From contig NC_043001.1 in the NCBI RefSeq assembly GCF_006345805.1, positions 1,798,001-1,862,000 on the forward strand: DNA of 64,000 nucleotides, written 5' to 3'. The translations under genes were made by a program, and so were the position numbers. Source of the DNA: Octopus sinensis. Its lineage: Eukaryota. Positions 1 through 12,177 of this stretch are shown here, in pieces. Under the pieces are notes generated by a model that saw only the letters and a list, made by a program, of their open reading frames with translations, had not been told where the DNA came from and ran no database searches. Every line of letters starts with the position of its first letter. Positions within the stretch are counted from its first letter, which is position 1.

Positions 1-1254
1 CAAGCTGAAAGGAGAATGCTGTTTATGTGCCACAAAGAAATTGGCATGTTGCTCTCTTTCAGGTCAATTCCTGCTTTAATATCTGAACTTGTGTATGTAA
101 AAACCGAAGCCCATCTGCAAAAACTAAAAAAAGCAACAGACAACATGAACGCATAATCTGTTCATGGAACCTATAGCCAAATGAGAACGACATCATTCAC
201 ATGCTAACCTATACAGAACCCTCCATACAACACATAAAGCCAACAGCCTGTATTCTGTAGCACATGTTATAATATCCACAGTCTGAACAATTCAGTATAA
301 TACTGTCAACTAGAACCCCCCATAACCTATATTACACATTATAAACTCAAATGCCCTATTCTGAATTTTTGTCATCTATGCTTATAAGTTTCCAGATCTG
401 CTGATACTAAACATCTCATAATGTCACATATTAAACTGTTATTTCTGATAAGACCACAACTGCATAATAATAAATACAATAACATTATAACACCAATATT
501 TGTTGAATTGCACTTTTCCAATTTTTATACAAGTTTCAATTTCTAAAATCTTACAAGCACTATAATTATAAACTTCAACATTTAAACATTTGCCACAAAT
601 TTTAACTGATCCTCAGTTAATTCTTAAATAATTTCTAAATTATTTCCTGTGATTATCTACTGCAGCACACACACACGTTTGTGTATTATAGTGTGTTCAT
701 TATTTTAAAGCAATTTTCAGAAAACAATGGAGCCTTCACTGACTGGAGGGCTTAATACTGTGAGTAGAGTCAATTTCACAATACATTCCTGCACACAAAC
801 ACACACACACACACACACACCACACACACACACACACACAATGAATGTATATGGGGATTAACACCCAAATGGTTTATATTCATCTATTGATATATTCGTT
901 GCATAGAATGATTTGTATAACCTTATGAGCCTGAATATATTTAGATCTGTGTATATTATATTTTCTACAATTTTACCATTTTTCTAATTTTTTGTTTTCA
1001 TATATTTGCCTTTTATGTATTTCATATTTTTATCTGCTGTTCATGCACTGGTGCATGGCTACATGCACATTCACGTATCCATGCATAAATGGATACATTT
1101 ACATAAGTTTGTGTGCATGTTTAGATGCATGCTTGTGATCAGGCGAGGGCAAGTGTGTTTGTATATTCATATGTAAAATTTTCCTGAAAGCGTGTGTGAA
1201 TACGTCATTATGCAAGTGTGTGTGTGTGTATAATTATATATGCTTATAATTAAA

Positions 1255-1398
1255 TAAACATATGTACACATAGATATATATACTCATATATCTATCTATA
1301 TATATATGTGTATATATATATATATGAATATATATATATATATGTGTATATATATATATATATGAATATAGATGCATATATTTACACATACATATGCA

Positions 1399-1447
<49 letters not shown>

Positions 1448-1467
1448 TTATATGTGTTTACATGTGC

Positions 1468-1521
<54 letters not shown>

Positions 1522-1745
1522 CTACACAAACATACAAAAACACAGATGCGCATATATATTTACATGAATAGATGCATGCATATTTTTATGTATACATATA
1601 TTTGTATACATGTGTTTGTTTGTGTGTGGGTGTATGTATGCAATCATGCATAAACATGCATTTACATATGTTTTGCATTTCATTGCATTTAATTGTATAA
1701 GTGAGCATGTATGCACACATCTGTGTGTATGTGTGTGTGTGTGTA
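1255..1745. repeat. Compound (TA)n/(CA)n/(TATG)n microsatellite field, representative of many such fields (e.g. 2420-2650, 18550-19020, 41460-41720, 56500-56740)
   Basis: Direct reading; produces the spurious YI/HT/CV-rich ORFs. Confidence 0.95.
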
Positions 1746-2416
1746 CATTTGCACCCACAGGATATGAACTGATACAGCAGAGGTAATGAAATAACTCCCA
1801 CTTGTTTTATATTTGGATAAACTACCTTTGAGAGAAATATTCTGATCAATTCAGACAACCCAGTATTTACTAATTACAACACTAATTAAAACACTCACAA
1901 TTAATACTAGCTCCCATGAGTCCATCAATTATTTCCCTATTAAATAACTTTCAGTTTCTAAATATGTATCTTTACATGAAGTCACCACTGGCTCCCACAT
2001 GTGAATTCATCGTTGCTTCATATACATTTGTCCCTAAATAATTCTAGGTTGTTTTATCCATAAGTAATTCACTTTGGTGATTTCTGTAGACTTTGATATT
2101 TGTTATACAGTGTTGTATGCCCATATATGGGAACTTGTAATTCCTACCAAATGAATTTTGCCATGGCATGCACAGATTCAATCCGTGCATATATGAGAGA
2201 GTTTCTATTGGCATGAGACCAGTCGGCTGAGAAACATGACTGTTAAACTCCAAAGAGAGACGCATACAGTCCTGGCTTTGAATAAACATCATTCCACACG
2301 GAACTATTGATGCTTTCGTTCTCTTAATTGTATTTTCACACCAGTAAGGAACCAAAATACACATATAGATACATACACACCTACATGCATACATAGGCAC
2401 ACACACACACGCACTC

Positions 2417-2449
<33 letters not shown>

Positions 2450-2563
2450 TGTATGTATGTATATATATATATATATATATCATGATGATGATGATGATGA
2501 TGATGATGATATATATATATATATATATATATAAGGAAAGCGGACGTTAAATGATGATGATGA

Positions 2564-2601
<38 letters not shown>

Positions 2602-2763
2602 TGTGTGTGTGTGCGTGTGTGAGTGAAAGTGTGTGTTTTTGTGTGTGTCTGTGTGTTGTATCAATAGAGTTATGTCTAGAAATATTTGTTTAGTGTAATC
2701 TTATATATTTGTATTATTTACCTTCAACAACTTGTGTTGAAATTACTGGATAATCAAACACTT

Positions 2764-2794
<31 letters not shown>

Positions 2795-3240
2795 ACAAAT
2801 CTATCATCATCAACACCATCATTACAGTTATCATTTTCATCATAGTGACATTGTCTTCACTTTCTATTTCTTTTCATCATCATCATGGTCATCACCATCA
2901 TCGTCATCATCATCATGGTCACAATAAAAAAGTGTCTGTTTGTGTTGTTCTCTCTAGTGTTTGGTTAACCAATGATGACAATTCTGATGATGATGATGGT
3001 GATGATGATGATGATGATTATCATTGGTTTACACAAAACACTTGAAAGAACAGTGTAAACATATTCTCATACACAGACACACAAACACACAGACACAGAC
3101 ACAGACACACACACACATATTCACAAGCATAAACACATACCAAGGTGTCATCCTCACCAGATGTGTGCGAGTTCAAAAGCACACTGGCAAATGTATATAA
3201 TAATAATAATATAATAATAATAATGATAATAATAATAATA

Positions 3241-3272
<32 letters not shown>

Positions 3273-3281
3273 TAATAATAA

Positions 3282-3851
3282 TATGCCAACATTATGGAAT
3301 AACAACAGAAAAAAGATGGTATAGGCACACACCAAAAAGGTCACAGAAAACGAGAAAGCAACCATACTCTGGGATATGCCGATACACACAGATAGAGAAT
3401 TAAGGCCAACAGACCAGATATAGTTGTCAGAGATCATGAAGAAAAAAAATGCTTTTTAATTGATGTATCAATACCGGCAGATGACAACGTGTCTCTAAAA
3501 GAAATGGAGAAACTCTCAAAATACAAAGACCTGGATATAGAGGTAACTAGAATGTGGAATCTGAAAACAGAAACAATTCCTATCATAGTAGGTGCATTAG
3601 GCATGATAAAAAAATATTCAGACAAATACATAACAAAAACACCAGGACTTACAAACACATATAACATACAGAAAATTGCACTACTAGGCACTGCCCACAT
3701 CCTACGCAGAACACTTTCCATACAATAACCATCAAGCATCACAACAAATCACAGCACATACCCAAGGCACACAGAGCTGCGCTCGGTAGTGAAGAGAAAG
3801 CACGCTATAAAAATAAAAATAAAACTACTGAATAATAATAATAATAATAAT
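3282..3851 (+). mobile_element. 5'-truncated R4/Dong-like non-LTR retrotransposon (restriction-like endonuclease C-terminus + 3' UTR), family A copy 1
   Basis: Translates (with frameshift) to ILWDMPIHTDRE..RPDIVV..CFLIDVSIPADDNVSLKEMEKLSKYKDL..IPIIVGALG..QKIALLGTAHILR (PD..D..K RLE motif); (AAT)n on both sides. Confidence 0.85.
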
Positions 3852-3869
3852 AAGAAGAAGAAGAATATA

Positions 3870-4046
3870 AATTTTGTCACAAGGCCAGCAATTTTGGAGG
3901 AGGGATAAGTCAATTATATCGACCCTAGAATTCAACTGGTACCTATTTTATTGATCTTGAAAGAATGAAGGGCAAAGTTGACCTCGGCAGCATTTGAAAT
4001 ACCACTAAGCATTTTGCCTGGCATGCTAATGATTCTGTCAGCTGGT
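3870..4046 (-). mobile_element. SINE fragment with Nin/Deu-like core
   Basis: Reverse complement matches the gaggtcaactttgcc..ttc..atcaataaaataggtaccagtt motif shared with 6423-6630, 6665-6898 and other copies. Confidence 0.7.
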
Positions 4047-4343
4047 ACTAATAATAATGATAATGATAATAATAATCATCTCTTTTATTATCCACAAGGG
4101 CTTTGATGAGGGGGACATCACAAGGACAGTCAACAACTGAGTGGATTTTTAAATAAAAGATGAGGAGAAAGAAAAGAAAAAACAAAATGGTGAACTGCAA
4201 TAACAGTATGAATAATATAGAAAGTATGAGATGGATGCTGTGGTTCTCTTGATAAAGGAGAATCTCCAATTGCTGCTAAACTAGGAACCTCACAGATCCA
4301 CGATTATCTTAATCACTAAAAGCATGAGTCATCTCTCAACTGT

Positions 4344-4652
4344 GGAGGCACATGGCCTAGTGGTTAGAGCAGCGGACTCGCAGTCGAGGGATCGTGGGTT
4401 CGAATCTTAGACCAGGCGATGTGTGTGTTTATGAGCGAAACACCTAAGCTCCACGTGGATCCAGCAGAAGGTAATGGTGAACTTCTGCTGACTCTTTCAC
4501 CACAACTTTTTCTCATTCTTTCCGCCTGCATCTTGCAGCTCACCTGCGATGGACCAGTGTCCGGTCCAGTTGGGGAACCTGTACGCCAAGAAAACCGGGA
4601 AACCAGCCCTTACGAGCCAGGCATGGCTCGAGAAGGAACAATCAACAACAAC
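4344..4652 (+). mobile_element. Full-length tRNA-derived SINE with 14-bp target site duplication
   Basis: A box TGGCCTAGTGG, B box GGTTCGAATC, Meta/V-like core cctgcgatggac, (caa)n tail; TSD catctctcaactgt at 4330-4343 and 4653-4666. Confidence 0.9.
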
Positions 4653-4666
4653 CATCTCTCAACTGT

Positions 4667-4945
4667 TGATCTCTAATCTACAATCTTAGAGCAGTGCCAT
4701 ACACTCTCACCATTTTGGGTCTCAGTCACTCACCTTTTACCAAATTCAATGGGGTGGGGGGAACTTCAATCTCCATCCTCACTTTTTCTTTCCAAGTGGA
4801 ACTTAGAAGAGGTTGAGGGTTTGGCTGAAATGGAAGATGTCTTTCCTTAATCCCTTTAGCCTTGTCCACCTTTTTTGTCACAAGGCAGACAAAACACCAC
4901 CTGCCCTGCCTCATTAAAGGTGGGTGGTGGGTCAGTGCTAAGGAT
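4667..4945 (-). mobile_element. Degenerate L1/Tx1-like ORF2 C-terminal fragment (3' UTR probably continues to ~4080)
   Basis: Minus-strand FHLERK/KVRME-like C-terminal motif across a frameshift; interrupted by the SINE. Confidence 0.35.
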
Positions 4946-4952
4946 GGATTTG

Positions 4953-5345
4953 TCATCGTCATCATCGTTTAACGTCCGCTTTCCATGCTGGCATGGGTTG
5001 GATGATTTGACTGAGAGCTGGCGAACCAGATGGCTGCACCAGGCTTTAATCTTGATCTGGCAGAGTTTCTACAGCTGGATGCCCTTCCTAATGTCAACCA
5101 CTCCAAGAGTGTAGTGGGTACTTTTATGTGCCACAGGTACGGAGCCAGTCAGGTGGTACTGGCAACGACCTCACTCGAATCTTTTACACATGCCACCGGC
5201 ACAGGTGGCAGTGAGGCGATGCTGGTACCAATCATGCACGAATGGTGCCTTTTATGTGCCACCAGCACGGAGGCCAGATAGCCTCTCTGGCAATGATCAT
5301 GCTCAGATGGTGCTCTTAACACCCTACTAGCACAGGGCTCAAGTC
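4953..5345 (-). mobile_element. RTE 3' UTR/tail fragment
   Basis: (cat)n-cgtttaacgtcc..ccatgctggcatggg terminus and ~60-bp internal repeats, same family as the 3' end of the RTE at 34221-36076. Confidence 0.85.
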
Positions 5346-5349
5346 CCAC

Positions 5350-5885
5350 AGTAATCAAATTCATTCCATCATTGGATTCATCCCACATGTGATAACAGCT
5401 GTTTGACATAACCCCACAATTCAGCAATACTTGGTTACTGCTTGAGTGCCTGCAGAATGGCTTCATCATTCTGCATGCGTCTTGGACAGCACTGATTGGC
5501 AGCACTTCTATGCCTGTTGAGTTTATCTCAAATGGGCATTGCTCCTCAGTAACATTGCCAGGCCAAGGATTTCTGGCAGTTATGGTGGTACAAGGCATGA
5601 AGTCCTCTGATACAGACCAGATAGTTCATCTTTATCAGCACTTTGCATTTTCTTGATAATGTTTCAGCCTTACCCATCGCTAGATTTGTATATATGGCTA
5701 TTGTAGAACTCCCTCAAATCACATTGCCTGATTTGTTGAGGGCAGGGGGCACCTGATGATATTCTAGATGCCAGGCACTTAATCTTGTTCTTTTCTTGAC
5801 CCAGGATTGCAGATCCATCAAATGCTGCAGAAAGATATGTCTTACAAATGAAGACCACTCTGTAAAACTGGTAAATGGCATGGCA
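5350..5885 (-). pseudogene. Highly decayed Utopia/NeSL-like (R2 group) ORF fragment
   Basis: Minus-strand GQEKNKIKCLASRISS..QIRQCDLREF, then RKC..ITARN, resembling the QGK..C..S..RFCDWRF and CCHC..ITARHN motif order of NeSL/Utopia proteins. Confidence 0.4.
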
Positions 5886-6222
5886 ACAGTGTGTGTGTGT
5901 GTGTGTGTGCATTAGCAGCTATGGCATGCTAAGTCCACCTTCTCAGGGGCACTGGCAACTGATTGATCTTGCTTAAAGTAAACACTCCAGTCTGGCCAAG
6001 TGTGGACAATTTTTCTACTATCTGTGCAAAGTCTGAAATTTGGGGGAGGTGGGGATTGGTTGAAATTATTAACTGAAATATTTGACTGTTTATTTTACTG
6101 GCAGTAGAGGGGTATGAGATGCTAAGCTGATCTTGGAGGACTTTCGACTCAGAAAGGGAAGAGCTGAAAGAAATACCACAAAGCATTTTTCCAGATGCTC
6201 CATCAATTCAGCCAGCTCACAC

Positions 6223-6224
6223 TG

Positions 6225-6265
<41 letters not shown>

Positions 6266-6275
6266 GCTGCTGCTG

Positions 6276-6326
<51 letters not shown>

Positions 6327-6415
6327 ATGGTGATGATGATGATGACGACGACAACGATGATGATGATGATGACAATGATGATGATAATAATAATATCAAC
6401 AACAACAACAATAAT
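6223..6415. repeat. Compound trinucleotide microsatellite (CTA)n-(CTG)n-(ATG)n-(ACG)n-(ATA)n-(ACA)n
   Basis: Direct reading. Confidence 0.95.
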
Positions 6416-6422
6416 GGCTTAA

Positions 6423-6630
6423 TATTTCAGTACAAGGCCATTAATTTTGGGAGGGGGATAAGTTGGTCACTCAGACCCCCAGAGCTCAGATGGTATTTAT
6501 CCTATGAACACTGAATATGAAAGGCAAAGTCAGCTTCAGTGGGACTTGAACTCAGAATGTAAAAGGTGGATGAAATGCTGCTAAGCATTTTGCCTGGCAT
6601 GCTAACGATTCTGCCAGCTCACTGCCTTAA
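6423..6630 (-). mobile_element. SINE with Nin-like core
   Basis: RC: ggcagtgagctggcagaatcgttagcatgccaggcaaaatgcttagc..ttctgagttcaagtccc..tttgcctttcat. Confidence 0.8.
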
Positions 6631-6664
6631 TAATAATAACAATAATAATAATAATAATGATAAT

Positions 6665-6898
6665 TTCTATTTCTTTACTACCCAAGGGGCTAAACACAAA
6701 GGGGACAAACAAGGACAGACAAACGGATTAAGTTGATTAGATTGACTCCAGAGCATAACTGGTACGTAATTTATCGACCCCGAAAGGATGAAACGCAATG
6801 TCACCCTCTGCGGAATTTGAACTCAGAACATAACGGCAGATGAAATACAGCTACGCATTTTGCCTGGCGTGCTAACATTTCTGCCAGCTCACCGCCTT
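6665..6898 (-). mobile_element. SINE with Nin-like core (younger copy)
   Basis: RC: ggcggtgagctggcagaaatgttagcacgcc..gttctgagttcaaattccgc..tttcatcctttcggggtcgataaattacgtaccagtt. Confidence 0.85.
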
Positions 6899-6913
6899 TA
6901 TAATAATAATAAC

Positions 6914-6998
<85 letters not shown>

Positions 6999-8400
6999 GA
7001 TTATACAAAGAGGCAAAGTAGTGTTATCTGATGATGTAGAAATATCAAGGATATTGAGACTAATGGATATAAATATCTGGGGATTTTCGAACACGACAAA
7101 ATCAAGGAAAGTGAAATGAAAGAAGGCTTTAGGTGAGAATATTCCAGAACTAAGTTAATTATGGGAAGTTAGACTCAGTGGAAAAAACAAAATCAGAGCA
7201 ATGAATAGATGGGCTGTCCCCTTAATGTGGTAGAGTGCAGGTGGATAAAGGATGAGCTTGAGGGAATAGACAGGGAAACTAGAAAAGTGATGACAATTAA
7301 CAAGGAACTACACATCAAAAGTGATGCTGACAGACTGTGTGTGCCTAGAAACAGGGAAGGAAGAGGTCTCATAGGATGCAAGATCTGTGTTGTCAACGAG
7401 AAGAACAGTCTGTTATAGTACATGAGACAGCAGAGTGAATCCTTGCTTGCCGCTGTTAGAATTAAAAATATAGTACCTGCCGAAAATGTGATCCACCCAC
7501 AATCATTTAAGAAACAAGATGAAGAAGAAAAAGTAAACAATTGGAAAAATGAAACCACTGCATGGCCAATACCCCAGAGAAGTCGAAGGAAAAGACACTT
7601 GGAGGTGGCTAAGAAAAAGTGATCTGAAAGGATGCATTGAGGCATTGATATGCAACGCCCAGGAACAAGCTCTGAGAGCTAATTACACCAAGTTCTAAAT
7701 AGATAAAAGTAGTGAACTGACCCTTTGTAGGATATTGTGATTGTAGTAAGCTGGCCCAGAAGCACTAAGAGGGGGCATGATAACATGACAAAGTTCGTCC
7801 ACTAGAGGCTATGTGAAAAGTATGGCCTGGACGGAGCATGGAGGTGGTATGAGCATAAACCAGAATGAGTCGCCAAGAATAAGGAATATAAGATACTATG
7901 GGATTTTACAATCCAATGTGACTCCTTAATTGATGCTCGGAGACCAGATATTGTTGTGGCAGATTAAGGAAAAAAGGAAACCAAGATTATAGATATTGCA
8001 ATACCTGGGGATGCATGCATAGGTGACAAAGAACTAGAAATGATTGAAAAGTACAGACTTCTAAAAGACGAAATTGCAAGAATGTGGACTATGAGGAGAG
8101 TGTCTGTCATCTCAGTAGTTGTAGGGGCACTCAGAGCACTAAGAAACAGGTTCAAAAAATTGCGATTGATATGAGAGCAGAGCAAGCTCAAAAAACTGCT
8201 CTGCTGAGGACAGCTAGGATTTTGAGGTTGGTACTTGGATGTTGAATGCCTGCCACGATAATTAAAAAGCAGGTATCAAAGCATGCAATGTGTGGAAAGA
8301 GATCCTGTACGACCTCTGACAACAGTCTGCTGTCCGCTCTCACAGAATCAACCAGAATAAACAAGACTCTGAGAAGTAAAACAACAACAACAACAATAAT
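6999..8400 (+). mobile_element. 5'-truncated R4/Dong-like retrotransposon, family B (RT thumb, CCHC region, RLE), pseudogenised
   Basis: YKYLG..GKNKIRAMNRWAVP..IDRETRKVMT..DRLCVPRNREGRGL..AQEQALR..ILWDFTIQCD..RRPDIVV..IIDIAIPGD..EKY..VVVGAL..QKTALLRTARILR with stops and frameshifts; begins right after a long (AAT)n. Confidence 0.88.
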
Positions 8401-8854
8401 AAGTAAATATTTTGCTCAATACTAGAGATTTGCTTGTCACTTGTTTGACCTTCACCAGCTGAGCATGTCCCTTGGTGGCTGCCGATATGGGAATCTCTGA
8501 TCACTAGGAGAAGTAGTTGGGGAGCATCATAGTCATGTGTTGAGAGGAATTCTTTGGTGCTTGAATAATTCACCTCTGGAAACATGGGTGTTTCATTCAT
8601 CATCCTTAAGCAAACCTTATTCAGGGACCTTTTGAGCAGGATGGGCTACTTGACATGAAGAAAATTCTAAGTGGGCCCCCATCTGCAAGGTCTTGCACTG
8701 TTTATCTTGATATGAGATCACTATATCATACACATGTGGTTGTGATGCATGTGCCTGGTGTACGCTTATCAGCCGGGTAGTCATGATGGGTATACTGGGC
8801 TTTGTATATTTGTACCCTAGTGTCACTTTGATGGTTTGCACTGCTCTCTCACTC

Positions 8855-8855
<1 letters not shown>
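8401..8855 (+). mobile_element. Non-coding interspersed repeat ending in (AAT)n; second copy at 63437-63995
   Basis: Clear similarity to 63545-63995 over ~450 bp; ends ctctctcactc-aataataat. Confidence 0.75.
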
Positions 8856-8898
<43 letters not shown>

Positions 8899-8900
<2 letters not shown>

Positions 8901-9260
8901 CCCTGGGAATGATAGCGAAAGGAACTGATTGCTACCTAACTCAGATACCAGGAAACCACAAAATGGCAGAAATTCAAAAGATAGTGCTCATGGGAATTGC
9001 TCATATCCTACGCAAAATACTCTTTATGTAATCCCAAGGTTTAAAACAAACTTTTTTATTTTTATTTATTTTTTATGTTTTTTTATTTTATTTTAATTTT
9101 TTTTATGTATTAGACATTCACTAGTACAACACCAGAACCCCCCCCCCCAAATATATGGCACAGAACTTCCAACCTGTTGTCTCTTGAGGCCTCTGGGTGA
9201 GACTTGGAGCCAACTTGTACAGACATAAAGCAAAAGTCAAACATAGAATAATAATAATAA
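8899..9260 (+). mobile_element. Short 3' fragment of a third R4/Dong-like family
   Basis: ALGMIAKG..IQKIVLMGIAHILRKIL* plus 3' UTR; (AAT)n on both sides. Confidence 0.75.
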
Positions 9261-9329
9261 CAACAACAACTACAACAATAATAATGTCTTTGGTTGCCCA
9301 GTCCTGGCTGAGAAAGAATATATCCACAG

Positions 9330-9900
9330 ACACGATAGAGTTGGGACCTATATACGCTGCCAACACTATGAAATAACAACAGTAAAATGGTGATATATGC
9401 ATATCCCAGAAAAGGTCTCAGAAAATGACAAAGGAGCCATACTTTGAGATATGCCAATACACACAGATAAAGAATCAAGCCTAATATATTGGATATAGTT
9501 GTCAGAGATTATCAAGAAAAAATGCCTTCTAATCAACAGATGACAATGTATATCTAAAAGAAACAGGAGCTCTCAAAATACAAAGATCTGGAGATAATGG
9601 TAACTCGAATGAGGAGCCTAAAAACAGAAACAATCCCTATAATAACAGGTGCATTAGGTATAATTAAGAAGCATTCAGAGAAATACATAACCAAAACAGC
9701 AGGACTTACAAATATATATAACACACAGAAAATAGCACTACTAGGCACTGCATACATCCTACGTAAAACACTTTCAATACAATGAAAATAATGACACCAA
9801 AGCAAAAAACTACAGCACATACCGAAAGCCCACAGAGCTGCACTTGGTAATGCAGTGAAAGCACATGATAAAAATAAGGCTACTGAATAATAATGATAAT
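9330..9900 (+). mobile_element. R4/Dong-like family A copy 2 (older)
   Basis: KYKDLEI..TETIPIITGALG..QKIALLGTAYILRKTLSIQ* and 3' UTR homologous to 3730-3830, ending ctactg-aataat. Confidence 0.85.
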
Positions 9901-10149
9901 AATATAAATAAAATTGTATTAATTGGTGTCAGACATTGAGGAGGGAGCACAGGTGTTGTGAGAATGATAACCTTTCTTGTAAATAATTTTTTCTTTCATT
10001 TTACATAATTTTATTTGATTTTGTAAATGAACAATCAGGTATGTTTATTTTAATGGTATATCAATGTATACAGCAAATTTCTTTGCCCTAGGAGCCAGGA
10101 ACTCAGCAAGAAATGGAAAGAAAATTGAAAGAAGAAAAATATATAATAA

Positions 10150-10640
10150 TAATAATGATTTGTGGTTATGTGCAGATCCTTCTGATGTTTCCCATAATGA
10201 TGCACGCCAAGTTTCCAGAAACTCTGATCATTCTAGGAATGGTGAACAATGAAGGTCATGTCATGCCACCTCACATCTTTCCATAGATTCTTAGAATTAA
10301 TGCTGCTGGAGTCATTGAAGTGCTGGAGACAGTTGTTAAGCCTTGGATTGATGAAGTACACAGTAGAAGACCATATGTATTTCAACAAACCTCAGCACCT
10401 TCTCACAAAGCCAGCGTAGTCCAAGAATGGATGCCAGACAATCAGGATATTTATGTAGCACCAAACTTGTGGCCTGCAAACTTGAAAGATGTAAATATTG
10501 TGGCCTACTACAGTCCCACATTGAAGCAGTCATTGAAACTGAAGACTGATTCACCTAAAAATCTAATAAAAATGCTTACCAAGAAAGATATGAACTTACA
10601 TGACATGACCTTCATTACTCACCATTCCTAAAATTATTAA
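10150..10640 (+). pseudogene. Tc1/mariner-superfamily (DD37D/maT-like) transposase, catalytic C-terminal fragment
   Basis: NDLWLCADPS..NEGHVMPPHIFP..LETVVKPWID..RPYVFQQTSAPSHKA..QEWM..LWPAN. Confidence 0.75.
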
Positions 10641-11150
10641 GCTGTTGTAAATTTTGTGTGCATCACTCTGATGACAGCAGAAGGATCTGTATATTACTGT
10701 CTGTCATTTTGCTCTTAGCCTTTTGGTCTTCTTAAAGTTTGTCTAATCAGAGAAGAACTAAAGTAAACCATGTTTGTGACAGTTTTTAAGCTTGTTAAAA
10801 ACCATTTGATTAGCAAGAACCAAATGGTTTCCTTGTCTCTTATGCAGACATGAATTGTTCTCTTTTCAGTTTACAACTTGCATTGAATATTCTCAGGCAC
10901 AACACTTCGGATAGTCTACTCCAAAGTTCCTTAGATGATGGCCTTCACTGATTTTCTGGGATCACCATTAATAATAGTTTGAACCTGTTGGATGAATAGT
11001 TGGGTCCTGAAAGTATTCAACCATTTAGAATGTTTTTTTCCTCTTTGATCCTTGATTCAGTTGAAACAGTTTCACCAGAGGCTTCCGTTTCCTTCTGAAC
11101 TTTGTGTGCTGCACAAATGACAGCACGTCTTTCCATTGCTTGTGTTTATA
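10641..11150 (-). pseudogene. Same transposase family, N-terminal (HTH to first catalytic D) fragment in opposite orientation
   Basis: RC: HKV.KETEASG..RKKHS..FIQQVQTIINGDPRKSVKAI..TIRSVVPENI..QFMSA..FFSD..EDQKA..DPSAVIRVMHTKF. Confidence 0.7.
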
Positions 11151-11324
11151 TGTTGTCTGGAATGGAAGATTCAAAAGAAATAAAATCTTTATTATTGGTT
11201 CAAGGGCAATAATGAACTGATAATTAAATGCCCTGAAAGACCCTTCACAGCCTCTATATATTATCACACATTGCTATGGTAATTTTACATATAAAAACAT
11301 ATACTATCTGAATTTTATTTTTTA

Positions 11325-11590
11325 TCATTAATCAGTCCACTAGTTAACTAATTAGCTAATTAACTAATCAGTTGTCTGACAAATTGGCTGATCAATCAAA
11401 CAGTTGGTTGGTCACTGATCTTTCATCTCCATTGATAACCATTGTTCAGTAGATGATAGCCTGACATTGAAAAAGGTCGTAGCCTGGGCTGAAAGAACTC
11501 CTGCGAATTGATTGAGTGATCAAATGATGGATTAAACAATCGATTAGCTAATTAACTGATTAGTTAACAAGTCTACTTCTGATAATTAAA
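11325..11590. mobile_element. MITE-like element with long imperfect inverted repeats
   Basis: Left arm actagttaactaattagctaattaactaatcagttgt matches RC of right arm (acttgttaactaatcagttaattagctaatcgattgt). Confidence 0.6.
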
Positions 11591-11689
11591 AGAATCAACA
11601 TACAGCCAATGAGTGTGCTTTATTGGAAAAATGAGCCATCTAAGGCACAGCTGCATCCATATCGATGCTTGATTTTGCAAAAACAACCA

Positions 11690-11733
<44 letters not shown>

Positions 11734-11864
11734 TGAAAAGGTTGCAAGATGCAACGAAAATTTTAGGACAATAAAAATAAGAAAAAAGTGGAAATTTTAC
11801 TGGTTAGTGTGTTAAATTATAAGGAACAAAAAGAAAATGACTCTCCCCAGACACAACAGAATCC

Positions 11865-12129
11865 TCATCATCATCATCATCGTTTAACGTCCGTTCTCCA
11901 TGCTGGCATGGGTTGGACGGTTCGACTGGGGATCTGGGAAGCCAGAAGGCTGCATCAGGCTCCAGTCTGATCTGGCAGTGTTTCTACAGCTGGATGCCCT
12001 TCCTAACGCCAATCACTCCGTGAGTGTAGTGGGTGCTTTTTATGTGCCACCTGCACAGGTGCCAGGCGAGGCTGGCAATGGCCACAATCAGATTGGTGCA
12101 TTTGTGGTTTGTCTGCCTTTCTACTTATT

Positions 12130-12177
<48 letters not shown>

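Noticed and set aside
1234-2664. Long YI/HT/CV-rich ORFs here and at 18500-19080, 40278-41776, 44707-45340, 56285-56802
   Set aside because: Translations of dinucleotide and tetranucleotide microsatellites that happen to lack stops.
4344-4415. Functional tRNA gene (also 34135-34205)
   Set aside because: Acceptor stem is not intact and the sequence continues into SINE body or repeat tail; the first has a TSD.
6133-6422. Poly-Leu/Cys/Tyr/Met ORFs (also 36770-37027)
   Set aside because: Trinucleotide microsatellites with no coding context.
10667-10710. CUGAUGA followed by a hairpin
   Set aside because: No GAAA after the stem; lies within the antisense transposase relic.
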